The position numbers were made by a program, and so were the translations under genes. A stretch of DNA of 63,638 bases, filler included, from Folioceros fuciformis (lineage: Eukaryota), in NCBI GenBank assembly GCA_049999805.1. It is 9 parts of 9 records of this genome, joined end to end, with 100 filler letters (N's around TTAATTAATTAA, not from the genome) between each part and the next. Parts side by side here need not be neighbours in the genome. Positions count along the whole stretch, not along the records: positions 1 to 19,489 come from JBNGIO010005991.1; positions 19,590 to 38,019 come from JBNGIO010005998.1; 7 more parts are not named here. One strand, 5' to 3'. The notes beneath the pieces are model-generated. The model searched no databases and was not told the DNA's origin. It worked only from the letters and a program-made list of their open reading frames with translations. How positions within the stretch are numbered: position 1 is the first letter of the stretch; the number at the start of each line of letters is the position of its first letter. Positions 10,171 through 22,789 of the stretch are shown piece by piece.

Positions 10171-13100
10171 CTATCCTGGAAGAAGGTTGCCAACTATGTA
10201 CAGCCTTTCGTCCTGTGCTATCAAGTCAGTAGAACGAAGTTCACCTCCATCTCCATTCAAGATGAAGGACCGAGTGCCCCCGAATTGCTCAACGGCCATA
10301 TCCAAAAGCTCTTCAATGGTCCCTGGTGCCCAGACAACCACCCCTACTCTCCATTTCTCTTCCTCACTCCAAGGATGGTGAGGGAAAATCGTAACTCGTC
10401 TGGGTACAGGCAATTCTCCCTTAGACCAAAATTTCTCAGCGGATCTGTTGAAGGGACTCGACGAATACCCACTTGGACGATCACTGTCAATTCCCCATTC
10501 CAAAATTTCAAGCCCATCAGCGTGCTTCTTACGTTCGTCCTTCTCCTTACTTCCATCCTTCTCGAACCTTACTTGTCGGTATGAGACATCTGTTTCGTTG
10601 GACTCTGGATTGGGTCGAGATAGCTCAGCCTCCGCGGATCCTATCCCAGAATTTACAATATTCGTCCCTCCGCGCACCCGGTCAAGCATGGCTTCGATCT
10701 GTTTCTTCCTGACAGCTGCTGCAACTATGGAATCTGCTCCGGCACAGGAGAGAAGGGACAAATTTGTCAGCGCTTTTCTTTCAGAAAAATTTGGGCTTAG
10801 ATCACAGAACTAAGAGTCGACAAAATACCAAGAACCATCGCAAACTGCAAACGTGTTAGGACCTGGTGTGCAATCCCCTTTCTCCGTAAAGGCGGGTCCA
10901 GGAAGACCAGCACCATGGGACGTGAATTCTAAGCTTTGGTCATCCATATTGCCTGATGTTTCCAAGAGAGTGACTACTGTTCCGTTGCCTGTTCTCCTCG
11001 CATCCTCCAGGGGAGTATTCCCCCATCTGCACAGTTCATCAGATGCGTCATTGGCTTGTCAGATCTAGAGGAGCATTCCCAAGTACAATAGCGACCGTTG
11101 AATCTTGAAGAAATGCAAGCAACCACCTGTCTTTTGAATTGATGTTAGCTCCAGCGCCTACCAGAACACTCGCAATCAAATGCAACCCTTCGGATGCTGC
11201 AACGTGAAGGGGAGTTCGGAGATCGTAATCAACAGAGTTGGGATCAGCTCCATAAGCAAGCAGGCGCTTCAGAAGCTCTATGTCTCCACTCATTGAGACA
11301 TTGCAGAGGAAAGCCCCAGCCTCTTGGAGCAGCAGACGTGCACCCTTCTCGTACAGGATTCCTGCCGTGACATCATGGCCACCTTTTAGAGCTTCCAGTA
11401 AAGGGGTGATGCCATTATTATCTGCAAGATAGACACACAACCGGAATAACAGTCAGCGAGACACCATGGCATGTGTAGCCACTATTCCCCACGCAACGGG
11501 CACTGTTAGAGTCTGCTGTAACATTGGAGTCACATACCTATGGCGTTCAAATCTGCCTTCTCACTAATTAGGAACAAAACGAGATCCTTGTGTCCCCTTG
11601 CAGCCGCCAAGTGCTGCCCACAATGTTAAAATAAGGAATGAGCGAGCAGGGAATACCTCTTGCGAAAGAAAGCACAGCATAAACACAAAATGAATGTTAT
11701 TAGCCAATCCAAGTTTCACCGGTGCATATGCAGGAACATACAAGAGCTGTTCTTCCGTCATAGTCTGTCCTTGTGGGATCTGCACCAGCCTTGATGAGTT
11801 GTCTCACATGGCTTGTGTCTCCTTGATGAGTAGCATGGATCACCATGAGAGCTAACTCGGCATCCTGTTTAGACAGCAAATAATTTATGTCTGCTGCTCT
11901 CTGTCGTAGTCGATCATCAGATTGCTTGCCCTGGAAACAAAGCAGCTGCACGTTAAGGCCATGCTAGTAACCAGGCAGACTGCAGCTGTAGGACGGATCA
12001 GCACGCGCTGGTTAAATTTTCGTACCACGAGCAAATTGTTGATTATCTGGCGTCCATCCAAGTAGTAGATTTGCAACAAGTTCGAAAAGGAGTGCTTATC
12101 CAACCGAAGCAACTTACACAGTTCAGCCACTCGAACTGTGTAAGGCTGAGGAACATTACAGAGCACGGCCACTTCACCAAACACGCCATATTCTTCCAGC
12201 TGGGCAACTGGTTTTTCAATCCCATCCTCCCCTACCACAACTTCCTCCTGCAGAAACCATGTTTCAAGTTAACGCGTTCAGGCTAGAAATGGTGCCGTGG
12301 CGTATCACGCGGCAGAATGCCTACCAACAATCCATATGAGATTATGTACAATTGGTCTGCTGCATCTCTTTGCTCCAAGATCACTTCGCCAGGTAAGAAA
12401 AATTCTTCCCGTACTCTAGACACCTGCCAACAAGAAATGATAAACGAAATTTACAAGACGGACATTAAGGGAGAATTAGTGTCGGGTGCAAATACACGAG
12501 CATCATGGGTCTCAGTCTTCAGTCTCACAATTTGACTGATGAATTCGCTGGTGCATCCTTTAAATAAGGAGACTCGCTCCACTGTCCCACGATAGAGTTC
12601 TTGAGCAACCTGTAGGCAAGAACATGGTTTACAAAAACCGTGGTTCACCTCTAGAACATTCACGATACCCCACAAGCATTGATCTGCAAGTCAGACAATG
12701 AACTGGGTGCTGTCATGAAGATGAGGCGAAACTGACTGGCGAGACGCTTTCTACATTGAGGTGTGCTGGACAACGAACCTTAGCCCGAATGGTTACCGGA
12801 AAGTCTTCGATGATACTATCATTCGTCATCTTGCTTTCGAATTGCAATCGTACATGACACTTCATTTGATGCCTTAGATGCTTATCAAGAGAGTTTCTGT
12901 TCATATACTTGACAAGCTCAGCCATCCTATCTCGAAACTTCTCAGTGTTAGAGCCTTTGACAATTAGTGCTGTCATGTTGCCAATGAGGTATGCACCCAG
13001 GATCATGTCGACGGAGGCAAACAAAATAATAAAGAGCATCTCACGATTGTTAACAGCATGGATATCACCGTAACCTGTCAACAACGAAGCTGGACTTGAA

Positions 13101-14514
13101 TCAAGCCTCGGTTGTGCACCAAGGCAAGATGATGCTTGATCTTTCAACACAGAAAGTGGCAACCCAAGAAATTTTCGCTGGAAATCAGACAGGATTTAGC
13201 ACCGCCAATCCACCTGCAGGGTTTAGGGTTTAGGGTAGAGCCAAGGCACAAAACGTACCTATGGTTGCCATTGTAATGATGGCCCAGTATAGAGATGTGA
13301 CATATCTTATACCAACGTCAACATGTCGGAAATTCTGATATGATCGATCCCCGAGTTGCAGGCTTCCGATCCAGGTGTCAGTCTCCCGGTCTTGCGGGAC
13401 AGTGGTTGCCAGATAATGAAATAAACAAGCCGCAACATGGGTACAATAGAACTCCACGAATATGAGCTTGAATATTCTGGTAGCGAAGTAATTGACACGT
13501 ATGTCTTTCTCCAAAGCTTCAAGGAAACCTGTAACCTTCCGGACACGGTACAGTCGCAACCACACTAAATACCTAACCTCCTCATTCCGACCTGTAGCCT
13601 GTGAATGCCGTAGCCAATTTCTTTTGTCAGATAATGCCAAGAACAGCTCAGAGTAAACAGGTGGCCACAGCCATTTAAATCCTCCTCAACAACTAGAATG
13701 AGCAGAGCTATCTCTCACAAGCTGCTAGCTACGGACTAGTCACCTTATAGATACAGTCCCAAGGTAGGCAAGCAAGAACATCTGGTAACAAGTTGCTCTT
13801 TGCATATCTGCGAAACCGGGTTGCGGAATGCAACTGAATGAGAAGTAGCGTGACATCCAGGAGAAACGTGAAACACGATCCGGACAGAGTGTTGATGTGA
13901 TGTGCGATGTCAGTACGTGATGGACACATAACCAGACATGCAAGCATACCTGACAGCGATAGCCCGGAAGTCAGTGACCAATCTGTATGTCTCTACATCT
14001 TTGAATGCCACGAAAAACGTGATAATAACATCAGCAAGAAACAAAAGCTGTACAAGAATGTCCGTCAGTCCCAGTTCCCGTGGCAGTCCACGAAAAAACC
14101 CGAACTCAAATGGGGTGAATAGTGAGGAGTACACTGCCAACAGGAGAACAAATTTGGCCCACAAAGAGTATTTCCTGCCGCAAATAGGAAGCTCATCTCG
14201 TTAGCTCACATGTGGAAAGAACAGTTAGAAGGGAGCATCACGCAAGGAAGTACTTGTTAAGATGAGTTAAAGATCGACAGGCAATGGATCTCAAGTGACT
14301 GCAGCTAAACTCACAGACTGCTTGGTTGAATAATCCATTTGTGTGTTATGTTGAGAGGCCCAGCACGGATGTCTAGTCCGCTCCGATTAACAGCAAATTC
14401 TCTGACGATTTTAGTGAGGCGTCCCCTGATAGAGTGCTCTAGAGGATCATCAAAATCTTGAACCTCAAAATCAGAATTTTCGTTGTCTGCGGGAGACTGT
14501 TTCGACCAGACCAT
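10171..14514 (-). CDS. SKOR: Outward-rectifying Shaker K+ channel (SKOR/GORK-like), 13 exons, about 937 aa
   Basis: GT-AG exons: 14514-14315, 14174-13950, 13807-13744, 13598-13259, 13074-12779, 12609-12529, 12423-12325, 12247-12026, 11930-11742, 11613-11538, 11421-11127, 11026-10863, 10733-10171. Phases are consistent (2814 nt). Motifs: FTPFEFGFFRGLP, pore TMATIGYGDIHAVN, DMILGAYLIGNMTALIVKGS, cNBD, ankyrin repeats, C-terminal KHA domain. Confidence 0.95.
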
Positions 14515-15866
14515 GGTTGCTCAGTCTCAAAACTTCCAGCTCTTCCAGCGTTTCCAGTAGTGGAGTCACAGTGGTGAGTGTAACCTACCGTCTCCACTAT
14601 CTGGACCTGGACTCCCTCAACCGTACAGGAGGAAGAAATATCAAGAAATTATCTCTCAGCCTTGCAGCCATTGTTCCAGAAAAGAGATTGTACATATGCA
14701 TCATCCCCCACCAGAATCCTCATTCGCGTGAGCCACACATCCAAGAGTCTGGTGCAGCTCTCTTCGTCAGCCTAACAAGCCCCCGTTGCATTTGTCTGTA
14801 AGCAGGTAAGCCCGGACACAAAGCATCAGTACACACTACGACCATGGACGAGAGGGCGCCATTCTCTAAACGGGGTGAAAAAAGCACACTGTACTGTCCC
14901 ACGACGAGAGGAGATTCTGAAGTCCAGTAAATCGTAAGAGAAGGCAAAGGAAACGCTGCAACCCAGCAAGATCTTATGAGTCCTCCACACAAAAGGACAA
15001 CCATTTTACACCTGTACCGTAAAGACAGGCCCGCTATATATTGCTCCGTCTGCTTCGCCCTCTGACTATCCCGAGGGCGTCGCAAGCGAACCAACCGGCG
15101 CCGCCCCAAGGAGCAGTACGACCATCAGCGATGCAGCGATGTGATGTTTCTGGAATTGTGGGAAAGCACCAAGACACGACACATTCATGGAACTCAAACA
15201 AAAACTGCGCCAATTTCAAGCACAAACTGCCCGTGCATCCGCGCTGATACTAGTCTGAGCGTCCAATTCGCAGACTTGGGCATATGAATTAGCACAACCA
15301 GCTCAAGAGCCTCGTCGCTCATAACAGCGGAGCTTGTGATATTCCACCACGCCGAAATCGCCGTGGACGAAAATGAATGTCAGATCAACATCAGGCGGAA
15401 AAAATCAACATGGAGCTACCAACTGCGAACATCATATCGGGAACTTCTGTTCAGCGACAGCCGCAGCGCCAATTCAAGAGAGGCGGGGGAGAGTGTCTGC
15501 TGATTGCGGATCCCGGCCAAATATATGCACCTCCTCCGTCATCAGGGTGCCGCAATTTCGCGCGGGGATTCTTTCTGCTCGTTGAACTTTCATCGCCGCA
15601 ACTGCCACGTTTCCACGGGTCCCCGTCATGAACGGCACAACAAAAATGGTCTGACAAGCGGCGACCAGGCATTGGACCGTGTCTGACGGACCAATACCAA
15701 CCGCGGAACGATTACCTTTTGCAAGTTCTATTTTGGGTTTGTCCCGGCAGCGCCATGTTCGGTGGCATCTAAGTTCTACCATATATTTATTAACTACATA
15801 CAGTATAGTATGTATATAATATTAACTATATAATATAGTATAAATTATATATTTACGTCTCTAAGT

Positions 15867-16170
15867 TATGGAATACATATGGTCAGGGTGCCTTTCACAC
15901 AAACTTTAGGGCGGTTCAAACATTTTGGACATAATAGGTGTGCTCTGCTTCCGTAGTTGGGCACAAAGTACTTATTACTTTGTGCCTTTATTTTATCCCC
16001 ACGTTTGGATCCCTCTCTTTCCGCTCACATTCATTCATTTTTTTTAAGTTAGGGTTAGGGCTAGGGCTTGTGGGTTCAGCATCCATGGTTCAGCATCCTT
16101 CCTTTGGACCCTAGCATTCACCGTGCTATTTGCTATGTAGACATATGTTGCCTCCATGCACACCCCTAAC
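15867..16170. repeat. Dispersed non-coding repeat, copy 1 (paralog at 50151-50529)
   Basis: Collinear shared blocks TATGGAATA, CTTTCACA, TTTGGACATAAT, TGGGCACAAAGTA, TTTTTTAAGTTAGGGTTAGGG, GGTTCAGCATC, CCTCCATGCACACCCCTAA. Confidence 0.85.
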
Positions 16171-16255
16171 CATCTCAGTGTGCTGCTGTGCATGTCCTAG
16201 CAACCCGAAACCTTAAACGAGCCCTCAAGGCAATGTCAATCAGGAGCCCAAACCA

Positions 16256-16400
16256 CGGTATCAATCGGGAGCCCTCACGGCGGTATCAATCGGGAGACCT
16301 CACGGTGGTGTCAATCGAGACGAATCTTAAAACACTGTGTCAATCACAGTGGTGTCAATCACAATGGTGTCAATCATGATGAATCTTAAAACACTATGTG
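16256..16400. repeat. Compound short tandem repeats with core GGT(A/G)TCAATC
   Basis: About six copies of the core plus a duplicated GAATCTTAAAACACT. Confidence 0.8.
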
Positions 16401-16569
16401 TCTGAACCGAAATAAAGAACAAAGGACGTGTCCCTTTCGGTCCACATGCCGGTTAGAGTTCAGTATGGGAATATTCTCGAGATGCTGCCTTATATTCCCG
16501 TAGAAAATACATATTCCAAAAAAAAAACATTAGTGTGTAGCCCTTGTCATAAGAGTAAGGTGGGACGAC

Positions 16570-19027
16570 CAAGAATGAATGGAAAAGGAGAGAATGTCAA
16601 GGGTACGGGGGAGGACTCACACCTCAAGAAGCGTATTGGAAGATAAAGGAAGGATTCCACATAGGGTGAGCATTTTGGGCGGAGAAAGAGAGGGAGAAGT
16701 TGAGAATGCAGATCTTGATGAGGATACGAGTAAGAGGTATAAAATATCTGAAGGGGTCGAAGCAAGAGAAGAGAGACCGCAACTGTCAAATGAGGAATGG
16801 AGACATTTATGCAAGGAGAGAGGGTTTGTGATCAGAGATAAAGAACTTGTTATGGATGTACAAAATCGAATTGTAGAGCCTATGGGAGTGCAAGGGCAGT
16901 CAAGGTAAGTAGATGGCGCGAGGAAGCTGGTGGGAAGACCAGATAGTCAAATGTTGAGTTTGTTAGCTAAGAAAGTTGTCGAACTGGAGAGGAAGGGTAG
17001 GAGTGGAGTGGTGTTGCCAGCAAAAACCCATCGTAAGAAGTGAGAAGTATTCAAAGCATCCCAAGTCGTCACTGTCCATTAATCACTTGATGTGCATGTT
17101 GTATATGATCAAGTTATAGGTGAAGATATTGAATTGGATCCTAGATACGAATTCACTTTGTTGGGAAACTTGCTGTGTGGTGATCCTTACAAATTTTATT
17201 TAAGAATTTTTATAGATTTGGTAGTAACTAGTATGCATGCTGAGCCTGTAAAAGAATTTTTCACTCGATTGGAAATGAGATTTCCCCCTATTAATGCTAT
17301 GAAGATAAAGGAATTGGCAAACTTCAGGAGAAAGTCTGATGAAACGGCCCTCATGTTTTATAATCGGACCAATCAATTGGTGACAAATACAAGGATGCAT
17401 AATGAATGGAAGTGTGCTTTAAGTACATTTGTAATTTGGATGAGGACATTAAGAAGGATTTTTTAGAGAGTTAACGTCGCTATATGGTAAGACATATACG
17501 TTGGATTAGGTGTTTCCAACTGCAGAGAAGCATGAGCAGGCTAGAGCATTGCTAAAGGCTATAGGAAGAAAAGTTGGAACAGATAGAAGGGGAGGTTCAT
17601 TTTTTGTAGCAATTCCTCGACATAATTATTTGCCTAGATAGAGGCCAAATTTGCAGCAGCAAACAAATGCGCCAAGAGTCGACAACAAGTATATGAAGCC
17701 TATCATGAATGTGGAAGTAGATAAGAGAATAAAATGTTTGCGATGTGGAAGCGGTGCACATGTGATGATGAAATGTTTGACTAAGAAGGATGTGGGTTGT
17801 AAACATTGTGGGAAAAAGTGTCATCTGGAAAAAGTCTGCTAGCAAAGTATTCATCTCTCAGGCCTACAAAGTTTGGTCTGAGGGGGTAAAATATTAAGAA
17901 TGTTAGGCAAGTGCAAAGAGCAGGAGAAAATCAGTTTGGGGGATCTAATGGAGATAACTTGGGTGGTCATAGTCGGGTGGAGAAGTCTCACAGATTGTTG
18001 GAGTTACATATAGCAGATTTAAAAGCTGAAATTGATATATTGAAGGCGGCTAGCATCCAGAATAGCGGAGTTAAGATCAAGGAAGTTAAAACAATGGAGA
18101 AAAGCAAAGAGTTGAGTGAGGAGGAAGAGGCTTATAAGGAATTTCAATTAAATGCGTTTTTTTATGAGGTGTACATGGAAGATGCATTGGAAGTAGAAGT
18201 TGTACAGAGAAAGCACAACACAAGGTTTGGACATCAGAATAAGGATCATGGAAGATCACTGGTGGCAGGTTGGAAGTATCCACAATCATTTAAAGTGTTG
18301 GATGTGGATGTAAAAGATTTTAGTAAGTGGGTGCGTGAAAGAGTAGTGAAGATGATAGAACAACAAGGGAGTAAGAAATGCAAGTGTTTCAGAGTGATTT
18401 GATCGGTTTGTATTTGGAGCATGTTGGAGTTGGGTGTCAAGGTGGGAGTGAGCGAAGCAAAAATTCAAGAACTTTTGCAGAACGTGATGTCGGAGTGGTT
18501 TGATGAGAGTAATAAGTTGGACAAGATGGTTTCACTCTGTTTAAACAATAATAGTCGAAATAATGAAGATAGGTCAAAAGTTAGATCGGGAATTGCATTT
18601 TTGGATAACAGTGGATGCGAGTTTTTGATAGATGGTTTTGCGCCAAAAAGAGTGTTGATAGATTTAGCCCACGTTAATTCATTTCAATGCAGCATATGCC
18701 ATGGGACTGAGGAAGGGGGATATACAGGAAACAAGATGGAAAATTAGAATGGTCAATGGGGGTTTGGAGGCAGTGATGGGGGAGACTAGGGAAAATTTGC
18801 AATTATGTTTTAAACCTGGAATAGAAGAGGAGACCATAATTGGTATGAAGTGTTTGATTGTTAAATCTAGAAATGTTGATGTCATCTTGGGAATGGAACC
18901 TTTGTTTATGCCTAGAGGAGGAGTGGATTTATGGACAGAAGAGTTTTATTACCGTCCGGGCTGGTGGCAAGGTGAGGGAATGACAATGGCAACAATTCCA
19001 CTTATATTGCAGTTTCAGGAGGATGGG
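16570..19027 (+). mobile_element. Degenerate Ty3/gypsy-like gag-protease region
   Basis: Gag-like ..EMRFP..ELANFRRKSDETALMFYNR, two zinc knuckles CLRCGSGAHVMMKC / CKHCGKKCHLEKVC, protease-like RVLID and DVILGM. Many stops and frameshifts. Confidence 0.65.
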
Positions 19028-19489
19028 TGTGGAGGCAAAACCCCGGGCACTGATTGCCAACGGGTTCCACCTTTAGTGGCCACACTTATCCCACTGTCGT
19101 TGAGACATTGGGTTTCGTTCCCACGAAGGAGCGATGGGGTTCCTTGCTGCTGTGGATGGAGGGTCGGACTTGATCAACTCGATGATGGATTCGAGGGCTC
19201 CTCTCCAGCTCCGATCACGCGTAGGACAGGCCTTGCTGTCCGGCGGTTAGCTGCACCTCTCTCGGTGCCCACAAACTCACTCCAGTCACTACAACGACCC
19301 TAACCTCTTACATCTGCGACTTCCCTCACTCACTTCACTCACTCTCTCACTCCAGCACCAACACCAGCAACTAACAATGACACCACTACCTTCTACACTT
19401 CCCTGCTGACTCCTCCTACCCGGCAAGAGTCACTAGACTAACCCCAAAGAAAAGAAAGAAGGGAACACACTCCCCTCTCGGATATCTCC
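19028..19489. mobile_element. TG-starting LTR-like terminus of an unidentified element (identical start at 37951)
   Basis: TGTGGAGGCAAAACCCCGGG...TATCCCACTG is identical at 19028 and 37951; each copy interrupts a retroelement ORF and runs into a gap. Confidence 0.75.
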
Positions 19490-19589
19490 NNNNNNNNNNN
19501 NNNNNNNNNNNNNNNNNNNNNNNNNNNNNNNNNTTAATTAATTAANNNNNNNNNNNNNNNNNNNNNNNNNNNNNNNNNNNNNNNNNNNN
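19490..19589. other. Assembly gap linker (also 38020, 41859, 46759, 51115, 57255, 59566, 62225; 100 nt each)
   Basis: Identical N44-TTAATTAATTAA-N44 blocks, an artificial six-frame stop linker. Confidence 0.98.
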
Positions 19590-19844
19590 CACCCAACCCT
19601 ATGGCCTGGTACCGAACCTAAACCTTCCCAGGTCTGGGACCAAACCTATACCCACTCTTATAACCAAACCAACTATTTCATGGTCAATTAACCAAATTAG
19701 CACAAAGAAAAATAGAAAAAATGACCAGAAAATCAAGGAAAATTAAGGAAAATAAGTTGAAAAAGAAAACCAAACCATACCACTATTAACCCTTTTTCAA
19801 CCAAAACAAACTACTACCCCAAACTTTGGAGGTTCACACACGTA

Positions 19845-20390
19845 CCTACCAATCCTACCACACATCCCGTCAGTAAGTAAGCACCATTCCTTCACTTGGA
19901 AGGGCCCCAATACCTCCCCTACCAATTTCTACCTTCCAATCACGTTCCTACCAATCCTACAACACGTCCTGTCAGCAGATAGGCACCATTCCTTCACTTG
20001 GAAGGGCCCCAATGCCTCCCCTACCGGTTTCTACCTTCGAATCACGTTCCTACCAATCCTGCAATACGTCCTGTCAACAGGTAGGCACCATTCCTTCACT
20101 TGGAAGGGCCCCAGTGCCTCTATCGGTTTCTACCTCCCTACACTCAATACCTTTTCCTCACAAGGCTCCCTACAACACCTTTCTCTACCCACAATCTAGC
20201 TGCTCATCTCCCTACGCCCAGCGACCAAAAAGTTTTCCTCCGAGCCTACTCCGCTCCCTCCAACTTTGTTTATCGTTCGCCTATGACATACAACCTTTCC
20301 CAGCGCGTGCCTTCAACACGTCCAGTCAGTAGGAAGACACCATTTCTTTGCTTGGAAGGGCCCCAGTACCTCCCCCTACCGACTTCAAAC
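19845..20390. repeat. 102-bp tandem repeat (about 3 copies plus a diverged 4th)
   Basis: GCACCATTCCTTCACTTGGAAGGGCCCC at 19881, 19983 and 20085; diverged copy near 20340. Confidence 0.9.
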
Positions 20391-21045
20391 TACCTACACC
20401 TAGCACCTTTCCCCACAAGTCTCCTCACAACACCTTCTATACGATCCAACTCCGCGTTTCCCTACGTTCAAGACTCCCAACCAGACATCACAAGAACCTT
20501 TGCAATTGGCAATAGAAAAGGACACTCGCAGCTCCCCCTTCCGCCAGGATGTCCACGCAGGCTTACGAAAGTTGGTTCACTATTCGTCACGAAACACTTA
20601 CAATCCAAAAAATGGGGCTCCAGCTCAAGTTCATCGTTCTACTTATATAGGATGGCAGACAAACGGCTTCCTACCTACCACTAGCCGCCGCCAACTTTAA
20701 CTACGCACACCTATCAAGAGGCTAAGACCTACCAATAGTTGCTAAGGCAGTGCGCGCCGATGAAGATTAGGACTATCAGTGCTGCCATAGAAGATTCGTT
20801 GACCCCCTTTTCAAAAAGGTATGGCTAGGATGGCTCCTGAAGGGAGGCAGAGTTTGAAGGCTGAGCCACTGGCCCCCCTCCATTTTTGGGATTCCTCTTC
20901 TTTTTGATCCACGAGCTTCCACCGTACCTTCCTCTGTGTGGATCTCTTGGGCTATCCCTTCACCACCACCTACAAGTTTGGTAGGGGAGGGATCCCCTTG
21001 TTCCTCAACTTGAGGCTCCTTCCCTACGTAGGGTGGGAATGTTCC

Positions 21046-21900
21046 CTATGTAGGTAGGGTACCTGTTGCTCCCTCCGTAGGTAGGGTACTTATTGCTCCC
21101 TCCGTAGGTAGGTTCCCTACCATTCCTTCCCCTCCTCTCGTAGGTAGGTTCTTTACGGGAGTAGGTACCCCTTGTTGTGTGCTCTTCCTAGCCCATAGCA
21201 GCTCCTCAGGTTCCCATTGCGAGCTCTCCAGGTCCATACTGTTGTCCTCTTGAAAGTCTATTGGTAGGGGCACTGTCTCCAGGGCCTCACGGTCATCATC
21301 ATGTGGCCCAAGATACCTTCGCCTTGCCAATGCTGCCAGTTCCTTGTGATGAGCGAGTAGACGTTGGTGTAGGTGGAGGTTGCGATTCTGTTGAGCTAGA
21401 TCTATGGTATCCATGTCAACAACCCAATCCCCACCACCCTCGCATCTACTCGTATAGATATCCCGTTCAACCTCCATTGCCCCTACCTTCAACTATAGGT
21501 CAAGTCTCTTGATGAGTTGCATGAAGCTTGGTCATGCACCCCGCCAAGTAGGCATAGTCAGCATGAAACCTACGAGCTCGAACCACCTGTATCCTTTGAA
21601 TCTTGGTCTGGTGCTTAGCTTCTTGTTGTGCTTTCTCATGCCGAAGGTCTTCTAATTGGATGGTCAATTGTTCCCTCTCCACTCGCTCTCGTTGCCCTGC
21701 TTCAAGGCATTGCTGGAGTTCCTGGTTTGCTTTAGCATTATGTGCCTCCAACTCATCTAGCTTGCCTTGTAAATCCTTTGCAAGGTAGACTTGTTTCCGT
21801 AGCTGTTCCTCCACCACCTTCCTAGTTTCCTCAGACTGGGCGGGGTCCCTTTGACATGCAATGATCTCATGTGATAAACCTTGTTGGGAAGTCTACAACA
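21046..21900 (-). pseudogene. Disrupted coiled-coil ORF, probably an accessory ORF of a retroelement
   Basis: Q/E/L-rich heptad-like segment (21817-21500), in-frame stop, then LPT(E)GA repeats. Lies within TE-like CCTAC-rich DNA. Confidence 0.45.
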
Positions 21901-22789
21901 TGGTCACCTGCTAGGTCAACTTCTCCAGTTCTTGCCTTTGCTCACCATCCTTGAGGAGATACTATCATTGGTTTAGGGAGAGCTGGCTGCCCTCGTGGGT
22001 TGTCCCCTACTCCGGAACCCACCTGAGTGTTGTTGGAGGTCTGCGCCATAATTGATGGAACAAAACCCCAGGAATGTCGATTGCCCTCCTTTACGCACGT
22101 TTATACCCCTACCTCCGTAGGCAACTGCTCCCAGCTTCTGTCCAGCTGATTTCACGTCCCCTGCACCGTTCCTCCCTATGGCTCTCACCACAACAAAGCC
22201 CTTACTCTTGCTCTGAGTCCGCTTGGTCACAACAAGGAGGTCCTTGGCATAGGTGTCTTGTCGCACAGCTACTTCCTTGTTCCCCGCTATGTAGGTAGAT
22301 ATAGTTCCCTACGTGGAGGTGAGCACTCTTCGTTGATGGGTCACCTTAGGTAGGGATCCCCTTTAAATACCCTCTTGTCGTAGGTATACTTCTATGTGTA
22401 ATAATTGCCCTTAATAGATACCCTACACAGGTGTCCCCTTTTTTGTAGGTAGCTTGCCCTTCACAACTATATTTCTTATTTAGGTACTACCTCCCACATA
22501 TCCCTACGTGGGCATACTTCCCTATAGGTAGCCATCCCAAAGAAGGTAACTTCTTCACAATACTACCCCTTATTATCGCCACTCATCTAACCTACCAAAC
22601 CAAGACCAAACAAAACTAAAAATGTTATTAGCCGCTCCCTACCTACTGCGGGTACTTGCCAAAAACCCGCATTCCACACCCTATACATTGCTTGGATGAT
22701 TCCCAAGCTGCAAAACCTCCTATACACGATCTAGATACATTAGATGCTATTATCTATCCCATCAAACCCGAATAGTTTCCTGCAATAGA

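Noticed and set aside
13219-13236. (TTTAGGG)2 in a K+ channel intron as interstitial telomere
   Set aside because: Only two units; too short to support more than a possible telo-box.
14720-15782. Short ORFs upstream of the K+ channel
   Set aside because: No recognisable domains; more likely 5' UTR, intron and promoter sequence.
19490-19589. Recurrent TTAATTAATTAA palindrome within N runs
   Set aside because: Artificial scaffold linker, identical at all eight gaps.
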